Below are positions 18,335-27,965 of a DNA stretch of 64,000 bases, piece by piece. A program made the position numbers and the translations under genes. The notes below the pieces were generated by a model that did not search any database, was not told the DNA's origin, and saw nothing but the letters and a program-made list of their open reading frames with translations. The number at the start of each line of letters is the position of its first letter. The first letter of the stretch is position 1. The stretch lies in sequence record OM319461.1; one strand, 5' to 3'.

Positions 18335-18772
18335 TTAGGAATGCGTTTTACAATGGTGTGACCAAATGGAAGTACGGAGTACCTCACTCATCCCCATAGT
18401 TTTGCCCAAGGCATTGAGGATGCGATCATTTATCGATGACCTTTGATCACAATCACCGATATAGAAAACTAAGCGATCAGTCTTCGTTGCTATAACATTC
18501 ACAGCTGCTGTAATTCCACTTTTGGAATCGATAATACCAGCATCAAGAAGCATAGCATCGTAGTCTTTAGGTTCTTCGGAGTTTTTATCCGAAGCGCTCT
18601 TAATACCATAGTTACCAAGCTTGAAGTATTCTACAATAGCTTCACCTAGCGCAACCGCGTGAGAGTATTCAGCATAGCCTAATTTCTCATCGAGGTTTAC
18701 TTCGGTAACAACATCGATACCAAAGGCCTCTGCGGCGTTCATCATTGCTTGGTTAAAGAATAAAGCTTGCAT
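18335..18772 (-). CDS. Virion/capsid-associated protein (phiKZ gp119-like position)
   Basis: 145 aa between MCP and DnaB; AAGGA SD. Confidence 0.7.
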   Translation of the reverse strand: MQALFFNQAMMNAAEAFGIDVVTEVNLDEKLGYAEYSHAVALGEAIVEYFKLGNYGIKSASDKNSEEPKDYDAMLLDAGIIDSKSGITAAVNVIATKTDRLVFYIGDCDQRSSINDRILNALGKTMGMSEVLRTSIWSHHCKTHS

Positions 18773-18956
18773 TCGAGCTTCCTTTGGAAATGATTTGCAC
18801 CTAAACTATTAACCATAAGTAATAGTAACATTACACTAACTGGAGTGTCTACATTATTTGTCTATACTATAAGTTCGTTTTTATCCGTAAAAACATTTAC
18901 TCCGATTATGATAGAGAATTAAAATTTAAAAATATTCAGATTAAAGGACAAGAACA

Positions 18957-20504
18957 ATGTCAGCACTGAACCCAAACCTTATTCTAACGAAAGCGATCAC
19001 TGGCACATTCTTTAATCGTTTTCTATCTGATCCAAACACTAACCTTAAGAAGATTGTTAGTGAGCTACTAGAGAAAGTTAAACTACCTAAGTCAATTGCC
19101 GGTGAAGGCGGCGAGGGTGAAATCGCAATGAGTCTTCGTTATACGTATGACTGGCTGTTGGCAGTTCCTCTTTCAGAAACAATTCGAGTCGAAGACATTC
19201 GCTCTCGTCTTATTATTAACTGTGCTTTCGCAGAAGACTATGCAGAACTTATCCGCGACCAGTTAGACGTGGACACAACAAACAAAGAAGCAATGGAAGA
19301 ACGCGTTAAGTCTATCATTGCTGAATTAAAGCATGACCTTAACGTTGCCTCTATCGGCACTATGGTTAGTGACATTCACCGTAAGATTAACTTCGGTGCT
19401 GAAATCTTTGATGTCTCTGGTACACTAGAGATGCTAAAGAACCAAGTAGAAGACATCCAAAACCAAAATGCGACAATGCACGAAGGCTTTGGTGGTAAAG
19501 TAGACTTCTCTAACTTACAGTCTATTCGTGAGACAATCAACAACGCAAAAGAAAACCTTAGTTATGACGGCATCCTTAAAACCGGTCTACAGGGCTTAAA
19601 CAAACTTTGGGGCGTTGGTGGTTACATCCGTGGTGGTTCCTATCTTTACGGTGCACGTACGCACAACTACAAAACCGGTATCTTGCTAGACCACTGTGAA
19701 TGGTTCTGCACTCTTAACTCTCCTCGTCTTTTAGATAAGACAAAGAAACCAATGATTCTTCGTGTTTCTTTCGAGAACAAACCAGAGCAAGACATTCCTA
19801 TCATGTACCGCTCTATCTGGGAAGCTGAGAACCTACGCAAGTGTGACTTTGCTGAGGTAGACATCGAAGAAGCTGCACAGTACATCCAAGAGCGTTACAA
19901 CCGAAACGGCTTCCATTTTGAAATGGTTTGTTTTGATCCAAACAACATGGATGTATGGGACCTAATCAATATCCTTAAAGGCTACGAAGCAGAAGGCTAT
20001 GAAATCCACGCAGTTGTTGTGGACTACATGGAACTGATCACGAAGAAAGGTTCTAAGCACAAACGTCTTGACGAGTTAATCGTTTACTCTTACGAAGTAT
20101 TACGTAACTACTGTTTCCCACGAAACATTACTCAGATTCACGCACACCAGCTAAACACACAGACTGACGACATTTTACGTGAGACTGGCTCGGCTGGCTT
20201 TGCTAAGAAAGTAGCATCTGGTGGTTACTGGATGAACTGTCGTTCACTTGAGACAAAAGTGGACGGTGCATGTACTATGCATATTCACCGTATGGAAGAC
20301 GATGCTTACCTCACTCTAGCATGGTCTAAGAACCGTACAAGTTCAGATACACCAGAAAGAGCTAAGAGTGTGGCATACAAGTTCCATGAGTTTGGTGGTA
20401 TTACCCCTGACTTACTTGACGATAAATCCAAAGCAATATATTCTTTTGCCGAAGTAACGGCATCCGTAAATGATACATCCGCAGACGATAATGAAGAATG
20501 GTAA
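18957..20504 (+). CDS. dnaB: DnaB-like replicative helicase (phiKZ gp118-like)
   Basis: LKTGLQGLNKLWG, Walker A variant GARTHNYKT, Walker B VVVDY, HAHQLN. Confidence 0.88.
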   Translation: MSALNPNLILTKAITGTFFNRFLSDPNTNLKKIVSELLEKVKLPKSIAGEGGEGEIAMSLRYTYDWLLAVPLSETIRVEDIRSRLIINCAFAEDYAELIRDQLDVDTTNKEAMEERVKSIIAELKHDLNVASIGTMVSDIHRKINFGAEIFDVSGTLEMLKNQVEDIQNQNATMHEGFGGKVDFSNLQSIRETINNAKENLSYDGILKTGLQGLNKLWGVGGYIRGGSYLYGARTHNYKTGILLDHCEWFCTLNSPRLLDKTKKPMILRVSFENKPEQDIPIMYRSIWEAENLRKCDFAEVDIEEAAQYIQERYNRNGFHFEMVCFDPNNMDVWDLINILKGYEAEGYEIHAVVVDYMELITKKGSKHKRLDELIVYSYEVLRNYCFPRNITQIHAHQLNTQTDDILRETGSAGFAKKVASGGYWMNCRSLETKVDGACTMHIHRMEDDAYLTLAWSKNRTSSDTPERAKSVAYKFHEFGGITPDLLDDKSKAIYSFAEVTASVNDTSADDNEEW

Positions 20505-20522
20505 ATAAATAAAATAAAGAAT

Positions 20523-20550
20523 CCTACTCCCTTCGGGGAGTAGGGTTTTC
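20523..20550. terminator. Terminator after dnaB (convergent junction)
   Basis: cctactccc-ttcg-gggagtagg followed by gttttc. Confidence 0.8.
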
Positions 20551-21915
20551 TTAATCTTCGTCTTCTTCTTTAAAGTGGAACGTAAGTTCACAAGATGTAC
20601 GATAGTCATCCTCGGCCACAGTGCCGCCCGCTGTGGTGGTTAATGCCATTACTGCGAGCAATGTACCATATACAAACGTAACCATGCCGTCTGACTTCAC
20701 GTAGTAAATCTTGGCAGGCATGCCAGGATACAACAACGTACGGTCTGCGTTATGCCAAGACAGAGTAATTAATCCACCCTGCGATGCATTGAGAGCTGAT
20801 ATCTCTGGATATGGATTGGCGTTAAACTTTTGATCGGAATAACGAACATTGTTTACGCCATGCCCAGCTTTCTTGCTTACATAGGTACGCGCATTCTCAG
20901 AACCTTTTACCTTAACCTTGTTACCACCGACTTCATAAAAGTTCTGGTCGTAAAAAGAAGCAGGGGTCATTCGTAATGCAGTACCTACATTAGCCGCTAC
21001 TGAAACAGACTCGTCTTTAATCTTTGTTTTACCCGTAGAGATAATATGCAAAGATTCATCTCTAACAACATAACTCTTATCCGTAGACGGTAACTCTGCC
21101 TCTGGGATATTATAGATCGTCAAGTTACGTGCACGCTTAGAAAAGCGATTGTGCTTAAACAGTGGGTAAGTATACCACATACCAGACTGCCAGAAGGTAT
21201 TGATACCGAACGTAGATATTCCATAGTGTTCTTGGATATACTTTGTCAGTCCTTTTAATCTGACATTACCCTTGATCACAATGTTGTCATAGATTCGATC
21301 GTTTTGGAATGTCTCTGCATCCAAACCACGAATACCTTTATAGCTGCGCTGGTCCAAGCCGTTTGTTGAAGAAGCACCTTCTCGAGTAGTTAGTAGTCTA
21401 TTAAACAAAACCGTTTCAGGTCTGCCTTCATAAATACCACCTACCTCTTTATTAAACTGGTAATAAAACTCTTCGTCAATAAGCTGGAAATAGACGGGCA
21501 CAAGCCCGCCTAGTTCTTTTTGTTTCTCTCCGGTATCTTTACGGCCCAGAGATAACTTATTGATGTCTTGAGGATTCACCAGGAACGCCAGGTACTCGTC
21601 GCTTATCTCAGTGATAGTTTCAGGTGACTTACCAGAAGCGTCCTTCTGTGTGCGTGACAGTCGTATTCTGAGACTATTCTGAAACGGGACCAATGTATCA
21701 CGATACACCGTAATCGGTATCTGAGTCATGATAAAATGATAAGCCGAGCAATCTGTCGCAAAATCAGCCGAGTACTTTTCAGAAGCTATGTTTTCAAATT
21801 CATAAACTTCTCCACCGTTAACAATCAGATGAGCTTTTAAGTCCCATGCGATAGGCATGAACTGATTGTTTGCGATGGCTTCTACTTCGGCCCTAATGTT
21901 TTCATCAAGTAACAT
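20551..21915 (-). CDS. Virion structural protein (phiKZ gp101-like; possible baseplate hub)
   Basis: 454 aa; WHNADRTLLYPGMPAKIYY motif; synteny. Confidence 0.7.
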   Translation of the reverse strand: MLLDENIRAEVEAIANNQFMPIAWDLKAHLIVNGGEVYEFENIASEKYSADFATDCSAYHFIMTQIPITVYRDTLVPFQNSLRIRLSRTQKDASGKSPETITEISDEYLAFLVNPQDINKLSLGRKDTGEKQKELGGLVPVYFQLIDEEFYYQFNKEVGGIYEGRPETVLFNRLLTTREGASSTNGLDQRSYKGIRGLDAETFQNDRIYDNIVIKGNVRLKGLTKYIQEHYGISTFGINTFWQSGMWYTYPLFKHNRFSKRARNLTIYNIPEAELPSTDKSYVVRDESLHIISTGKTKIKDESVSVAANVGTALRMTPASFYDQNFYEVGGNKVKVKGSENARTYVSKKAGHGVNNVRYSDQKFNANPYPEISALNASQGGLITLSWHNADRTLLYPGMPAKIYYVKSDGMVTFVYGTLLAVMALTTTAGGTVAEDDYRTSCELTFHFKEEDED

Positions 21916-21918
21916 TTA

Positions 21919-22599
21919 TTATCTCCCGAGAATCGAATCCATTGTTACTGCACCATGCGGTGACAATACTTCTTCATAGATTTCTTTTCTCTTGGTTACC
22001 AGGATATCATCCGATTCCACATCAATAGCACCTAGCTTTCTAAATCCAGCAGAGAACAGACGAGCAAGTGGACTATCTGTTTTAAAGCCACCGCCTTGAT
22101 TGCGCACAATCGGCTTAAGCCACTCTAACAAACTTTCCATCTTCTCATAGTCTTCGTTGAGGTCGTCGTACTGGTGGATCTCTAGTGCGTTGTAATCACG
22201 CAGCATAGATAGGTACTTGCGAGTTGTATCATAAAGAGCATTCATGCTGTCTTGACCGGAAATAACCAAAGTCTCGGCAGCATAAAAGATCTCTATAGCC
22301 ATGTCAACAGTAACCGTGTATGGCTGCAAGGATGTCAGGCTGTACTCAAAGTCTTCTTCGTCACCATAGTTCAAAGGCATGTTGTTAAACAAAGCCTCGA
22401 TGATCGGAGTGGAAGTATCTTCGATCGACATTGTGTTTCCCTGCCAGTCTTGTCCAACATAACCATCAATCGGATCTTCTTCCAATGTGATTATATCGCA
22501 GTTGCGCTTAATGGCATTCATGGCAAGTGGATTCGCTTTGATCTTGATAAAGTTCTCGTCGAATACTTTTTTATGCAGTCTTTCTAATTCTGTTAACAT
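21919..22599 (-). CDS. Conserved hypothetical protein (phiKZ gp100-like)
   Basis: 226 aa within the operon; GGAG SD. Confidence 0.7.
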   Translation of the reverse strand: MLTELERLHKKVFDENFIKIKANPLAMNAIKRNCDIITLEEDPIDGYVGQDWQGNTMSIEDTSTPIIEALFNNMPLNYGDEEDFEYSLTSLQPYTVTVDMAIEIFYAAETLVISGQDSMNALYDTTRKYLSMLRDYNALEIHQYDDLNEDYEKMESLLEWLKPIVRNQGGGFKTDSPLARLFSAGFRKLGAIDVESDDILVTKRKEIYEEVLSPHGAVTMDSILGR

Positions 22600-22614
22600 G
22601 GTAACTCCTAGTGG

Positions 22615-23832
22615 TTAAAGTTCTCTGATAAGTAACCAGAGGTAAATCGGAATGTTGTGGTACTTCTCCTGCATCGAAGCGATCTCGTAGTTCGTATCGA
22701 TCTTTTGTACGAGCTCTGATACAGCTTGCTTCTCTCGATTGAGGGCTGAGTAAACAAGACGTTCAAACTCTAATGTTGGCTTACAGTCATAGAAGTCTTT
22801 GCTAAATACATAGCTGCCTTCTGGTTCTGACTTGCCTAACAGTGACGACATTGAAGCAGGATGATAAACGGAACGGATATCAGTCATTAAGATAGAATGC
22901 ATAACAAACGGAGAATAAAACTCTGCCGTTGATGATTTCTGGTAACTTCCATCTACAACGGGTAACAGATTCAATTCGTTGTCTTGCAGAACATCGTACA
23001 AAGTTATTGCCTTGCGCTGATAGTCATTTGACGGCACGCTGAATAACTGTGCCCATGGATGACGTGCTTTATCCCGTGCCTGATGCGGAACAATGTGATT
23101 CATGAATTTGTTTACGGCATCGTCATAGATCTTTGCATTGTTTTCATCGACAAACAAGAATGTCTCGTTACGACGATCATAAAACAGAGAATAGTAAATG
23201 TTCAAGTATTTCAAGATGTACTTGATTAAATCAACTCGCTCGACAACTGCCTGAACATTCTCTGTCGGACAGTATGGATTGTCTGGATTGAAGTATAGTT
23301 CTTTGACTACCTTCGAGTCGATGTCATCCTGTATCTCTTGATTCCAGTAAGCCATAAGCTCATACTGGATACTATACGCCGTATATGCAAAGTACGTCAA
23401 TGGACGTGGTAGTTCTACAACAGCGAAGATGCCTTTACGACCATCCTTCATTGTTGCGATAAACATATCCCATTGGTTTGGTACGATACCAGGTAGTACT
23501 GTTGCCTCACCAGAAATCGTTGTAATTACATTGTCATCCGTTTCGCCACTAAGTGAAGTGGTCGTACGCAATTCAAGATTATGGATTCTTGCGTATTGCT
23601 GTAGTGACGGGTCCAATGCCAAGTCATGACGATTTGGATAATCGTCTTCGCCGAGTATCTGTCCTATCCATGCTTCCGTTGTCCATGGACTGCCTTCGAT
23701 CTCTGTGATGAAAACACCGGACTCTTTGCCCGGGTATCGGTCTTCATAGACTGTGGCCGTCTTATGTTCGACAACCGTCTCTTTGACAACCGGCGTTTCT
23801 GGTACAGAACTCTCTTCGCCAAATAAAGCCAT
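22615..23832 (-). CDS. Virion structural protein (phiKZ gp99-like; possible neck protein)
   Basis: 405 aa; IEGSPW, GIVPNQWDMFIA and YSIQYEL motifs; TAATG coupling. Confidence 0.7.
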   Translation of the reverse strand: MALFGEESSVPETPVVKETVVEHKTATVYEDRYPGKESGVFITEIEGSPWTTEAWIGQILGEDDYPNRHDLALDPSLQQYARIHNLELRTTTSLSGETDDNVITTISGEATVLPGIVPNQWDMFIATMKDGRKGIFAVVELPRPLTYFAYTAYSIQYELMAYWNQEIQDDIDSKVVKELYFNPDNPYCPTENVQAVVERVDLIKYILKYLNIYYSLFYDRRNETFLFVDENNAKIYDDAVNKFMNHIVPHQARDKARHPWAQLFSVPSNDYQRKAITLYDVLQDNELNLLPVVDGSYQKSSTAEFYSPFVMHSILMTDIRSVYHPASMSSLLGKSEPEGSYVFSKDFYDCKPTLEFERLVYSALNREKQAVSELVQKIDTNYEIASMQEKYHNIPIYLWLLIREL

Positions 23833-25436
23833 TATGGTCTCCGCACATTAATGTTGTATTGCCCTACGTACTTAGGCATCGTAGGACGCAAATTAATAAA
23901 CCATTCGTTTGTTCCTCTGAGCTTACGTACCCAGCGAGTAAACGAATAATCCGTGATTGCCTTGCTCGTTCTAAACAACAAGCTAGGGATAGTCATATCT
24001 CTACCCTGTGGCATTTCTGTACCGACACGAGTCTTCCATTCGTCTTCTGAGTCTGTAACCTCCAACGAGGCATCATAAAGCTTAAACAACTCGATTGCGA
24101 TATCTGGCTTATTGAGTATTCGTTTCAATGACTCAGGATGGATGGACGGTATATCCTTGAGTAGACCGATTCGAACATAATGTCTACGTCGGCTATCCAA
24201 AGGTTCTGCCGAAAGTACATTGTACTCATCGTCCAGATGGACAAAGATTTTCTTTTCGTCTTCTCCGACACTATATAGTTCGAACTGAACCAAAGACTGG
24301 AGATGTCGATTGATATGTTCTTTCTCACTGAGTACGTAGTCTAATACGGCCTTAGGTAAGAACTTCTCGGTCAGGTCATTGATGTTAAACAGGTTCTTTG
24401 TATTCGCATCATCAATACGAACAGGGAATAAACTTACTGTCTGGGTATTAGCCATCGGGTTTGCCGGGAAGAAGTCATCCCATGGAACCATCCTGCTACC
24501 ACCGTCACCGAGATAATAGTAGTTGATCTCGTAGTCTTGAAGTTTGTTGTCGATAAACGTTAATGACTGCGTATAGTCAAAGTCATTGCGTAATCGAAGA
24601 GGACTATGAAATGCCTGGACGTATTCTCTCGGAATAAAGCTATTGTAGATTACCGCAGGGTATGTTAACTCAACACCGACGATTCTGTCATAGCGGAATC
24701 GATACGTAAGCGATACTTCATAGATACCACGCTGGATGCTACGGGTATTCCAAAACATAGCGTCTTCAGGTACGCCCTCTACGTTCTTCTGTCGCTCGAT
24801 AGCAACAACTGCACTGAATGTATCGTTCAAGTTAGAACGCTTTGATATATCGCCTCTGAGGTGGTCTGCGAGATACTCCTTGAGACTTGGAGTCTCAGAA
24901 GGATGTGCGTCTATTGCTTTCCAGGCATCATGGATGAAATCAAGGAATGGAGTTGGTACTGCATAGTCGTATGTAATGTCAAAGTAACCTAGATGCGTAC
25001 GAATGGCATCCGAGGCACGCAGAGCATTTAACCATTGGTCTAGCTTTGCTTTACTATTGGAACGAAAACGCATTGTCATTTCTGCTTCGTGTTCGATATA
25101 GCGACTATTCATCTGAACACCGATAGCGGGGTCATCAAATAACGGAGGAGTGCGTCGCCCTTCTCGCATGCTATTTACCCAGCCGTGTTCTGTTGTTCTA
25201 TCNGTGTACTCNACAAACANANAGGAACGATATTGTGTTCGAATGCCTTCACTATTGAGACATCCATCAAACATGTTTTTTATTTGACGTGGGGAATCTA
25301 CCGACTCGTCATCAAAGATGATTTTGGCGCTTTTATCGAATCCCGTGTTTTCCACAAGAAAGCGAGCAGCGTCGCGCATAATGGCACGAGTAACAGTAAT
25401 GTCCGTTTGGTCGATCGTAATGAACGCTCTGCCCAT
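23832..25436 (-). CDS. Virion structural protein (phiKZ gp98-like; possible neck or tail-terminator protein)
   Basis: 534 aa; four N bases at 25203-25222 do not break the frame. Confidence 0.7.
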   Translation of the reverse strand: MGRAFITIDQTDITVTRAIMRDAARFLVENTGFDKSAKIIFDDESVDSPRQIKNMFDGCLNSEGIRTQYRSXXFXEYXDRTTEHGWVNSMREGRRTPPLFDDPAIGVQMNSRYIEHEAEMTMRFRSNSKAKLDQWLNALRASDAIRTHLGYFDITYDYAVPTPFLDFIHDAWKAIDAHPSETPSLKEYLADHLRGDISKRSNLNDTFSAVVAIERQKNVEGVPEDAMFWNTRSIQRGIYEVSLTYRFRYDRIVGVELTYPAVIYNSFIPREYVQAFHSPLRLRNDFDYTQSLTFIDNKLQDYEINYYYLGDGGSRMVPWDDFFPANPMANTQTVSLFPVRIDDANTKNLFNINDLTEKFLPKAVLDYVLSEKEHINRHLQSLVQFELYSVGEDEKKIFVHLDDEYNVLSAEPLDSRRRHYVRIGLLKDIPSIHPESLKRILNKPDIAIELFKLYDASLEVTDSEDEWKTRVGTEMPQGRDMTIPSLLFRTSKAITDYSFTRWVRKLRGTNEWFINLRPTMPKYVGQYNINVRRP

Positions 25437-25477
25437 TGTTCTATCTCCTAACTAAAANTATAAAATTTAACAAAAAG

Positions 25478-25503
25478 TACCCGCCTCCAAAGGAGGCAGG
25501 TAT
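25478..25503 (-). terminator. Terminator after the head paralog cluster
   Basis: GC-rich stem followed by TTTTT on the minus strand. Confidence 0.7.
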
Positions 25504-25508
25504 CTTTA

Positions 25509-26732
25509 TTATTCTTCTTCGCCGGTAGCATCTGCTGGCTTGTTGGTATCTACTTCGATTATGGCCTGTGCCTTGTCCGCGATCTTATAGAAAGCACCGT
25601 AGTAATCACGAGCCATCTTAATAGAACCTGTCGACAAGATAGTGCCATAACGACTAGACGAAATACAAAGACGAGATACGAACTCCAGGAGACCCTGGAT
25701 TGCTTTTGTATCTGTTGCCTCAGAAATCTGTCCTGCCTTAAAGTCTTCTTTTGGAATTGCATCCTTGAGTTCTTTAAGAACATCAAAGTTAGATTCCGCC
25801 AGTTCAAGCAGGTCGATTATTTCCTGTGCAGTAACTTCGACTTCTAGTTTCTTCTTGCGAGAATCCACTTTGGCAGCAGCTTTCTTGTCAGTCATTGTCA
25901 TTGCTGACCACTGACTATCTTTGCTTCGTGTGATCACCAAAGCAAGCGGAGAATAAAAATCCGGAGCCAAATGGAATACTGCTCTGTCGCCAGATACCGT
26001 AATTCCTTTTGGTGGGCCCATTTCCAATACACCTTCTAGCTGCTTGCGAATCATCATGTTAATTGATTTCACAGTTTCAGCAGTATGGGCATTGGCTAGG
26101 TTCTTACCGATCTGATCCAAGTCAGCTTCTTTGAACTTCTGAATCGCATCACCGATTACCGATAGCTCCAGTGGCTTCATATCAGCACTGCCAACGAAAT
26201 AGCGCGATGGCCCTTTCAAGGAAATTGTTTTCTTCTTCAATCCTGCCTTGCGTTTCTTCATTGCATTAAGAAGATCATTTGCTGCTTTCTGGCGACGATC
26301 ATTCATGTCAAAAAGATTACGTAGAAATTCTCTCAGCTTCCCAATTATTTTACTAATTGTAGCACCGATACTTTCCTGGATTTTAGCTAGGCGCTTTTTG
26401 ACGATTGCTGTCTTGCCTTCTTTGCCCACCTCGGCCATGACCGATACATCAAAGCCATAGCTGCCTGCCATTTGGTACCATGTAGTTGCACTGGTATCCA
26501 TATTAAAGTCGGTTACTTCGGTTTGTGCCAGTAGGTTTTCTAGATTTTCTTCTTCGCGATGGAAGTTATCTAGATGGAAGAACTCTTGTGTCAGACCAAA
26601 CTCCACAGCTGTGATGTCTTCGCTGAATACACCATTCCAGTCATGAGTACCAAGTTCGCCATGGATTACTTCTTGGTCTTTAAGTTCATTTTCGCTTTCC
26701 ATGATAATGTCGGCGATGTTTTGTGTAAGCAT
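25509..26732 (-). CDS. Internal head/ejection protein paralog (407 aa; start moved to MLTQNI)
   Basis: TAATG overlap and GGAG SD; acidic N-terminus then basic amphipathic helix. Confidence 0.75.
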   Translation of the reverse strand: MLTQNIADIIMESENELKDQEVIHGELGTHDWNGVFSEDITAVEFGLTQEFFHLDNFHREEENLENLLAQTEVTDFNMDTSATTWYQMAGSYGFDVSVMAEVGKEGKTAIVKKRLAKIQESIGATISKIIGKLREFLRNLFDMNDRRQKAANDLLNAMKKRKAGLKKKTISLKGPSRYFVGSADMKPLELSVIGDAIQKFKEADLDQIGKNLANAHTAETVKSINMMIRKQLEGVLEMGPPKGITVSGDRAVFHLAPDFYSPLALVITRSKDSQWSAMTMTDKKAAAKVDSRKKKLEVEVTAQEIIDLLELAESNFDVLKELKDAIPKEDFKAGQISEATDTKAIQGLLEFVSRLCISSSRYGTILSTGSIKMARDYYGAFYKIADKAQAIIEVDTNKPADATGEEE

Positions 26733-27847
26733 TATGAAATACTCCATTCTTTCTTAGAGGCCTCTACAGTCGCAAGTACTGCTAGGGCCACGCGGTATTC
26801 AAGATCATTCGTTGCCTTGATGTATTGGCGAACAAAATTGACCCAGCGCGGAATATAACGAACAAGATCTTTTTTGGCATCATTAGGACTAGATGCCTTG
26901 ATGGTGCGAATCATGTCGTTTGTATCTTTTTTGAATCGATAGCCATCGTCTCGGTCCAACAGTCGGTTAAAGGCTTGGTTGGCAGTACTGACTGCACTAA
27001 ATGCCTCTTGAGGGGAAAGTCCATCGACCTGGGTCTTGGATTTTATCTTTGCCTTTTTGGTTTCAAGACGTGCTTCTGAAACACGACCAGGTTTAGTCTG
27101 AACGATCAGATGTATATTCACACCAGGCACACGAACGACACTACGATGAACGCCCTTGACTGTCATTTCCTGGGCACCGTAGGCCCCCTTCATTACTCCG
27201 TGCACTATTTCCGATATCTTCAAAATATCGTTTCGAATCGCATCGAAGTCTTTTCCAGATTCAATGTCAGCAGGGATACCACCCACCGCGGCAGCTACCT
27301 TGGTCATCATTGCACTAGGATTGATTTTTGACATTTGTCCATCTATAAGCTTAGAGATGCTATGTCCGTCCAATAGTTTCCCATCCGATGTCAATGGGAC
27401 CATTGTCTGTGTCAATTTTATTTTTGGTTTTTGGTCACGATATCTATGGATATTCTTGTTGATCTGCGTAATCAGTCTGGCTGATTGTCGCTCTCGCTTT
27501 GCGGTGAGAGAAAGCAATTTTGACATATAGCGGAAGAATCCTTCTGCCATTGTCTGAAGAAGTCTACCAACTAATCGGAAAATTTTTCCAACCAAGGTTA
27601 GGCCAGTATCGCGTTCTTTTTCCAAATCATAAAGATACTCGAGTGCCTGCTCACCAATATAAGTAGCGGCTCTTTCGATAGCGATGGATCTTGCTATCTG
27701 GGAAGATTTCGGATCTTCGATGATTTTGACGGATTCGCACAGCGTATCCAGATGATCTAGTTTGGCCAGGAGTTCCATTTCCTCTCTTGCCATTTCTAGT
27801 TCCTCTGGTTCCATAAAGTCATCGTGGAGAGTTACATATGAGCTCAT
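26732..27847 (-). CDS. Internal head/ejection protein paralog (371 aa)
   Basis: Same acidic propeptide plus amphipathic helix layout. Confidence 0.75.
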   Translation of the reverse strand: MSSYVTLHDDFMEPEELEMAREEMELLAKLDHLDTLCESVKIIEDPKSSQIARSIAIERAATYIGEQALEYLYDLEKERDTGLTLVGKIFRLVGRLLQTMAEGFFRYMSKLLSLTAKRERQSARLITQINKNIHRYRDQKPKIKLTQTMVPLTSDGKLLDGHSISKLIDGQMSKINPSAMMTKVAAAVGGIPADIESGKDFDAIRNDILKISEIVHGVMKGAYGAQEMTVKGVHRSVVRVPGVNIHLIVQTKPGRVSEARLETKKAKIKSKTQVDGLSPQEAFSAVSTANQAFNRLLDRDDGYRFKKDTNDMIRTIKASSPNDAKKDLVRYIPRWVNFVRQYIKATNDLEYRVALAVLATVEASKKEWSIS

Positions 27848-27965
27848 TAGTTTTCTCCTGAGTTAACTATACGATTTGACAAAATAATAATAATCGACCA
27901 GCCACTAGGGCCAGTCGATTTCATTAGTCAAGATTCTCTAAAGAAACAATTAGACTCAGGCTAGA

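Noticed and set aside
25203-25458. Five N bases (25203, 25212, 25220, 25222, 25458) as possible diversity-generating or modification signal
   Set aside because: Single ambiguous calls, two at wobble positions. No template repeat or reverse transcriptase is seen, so low coverage or a mixed population is simpler.
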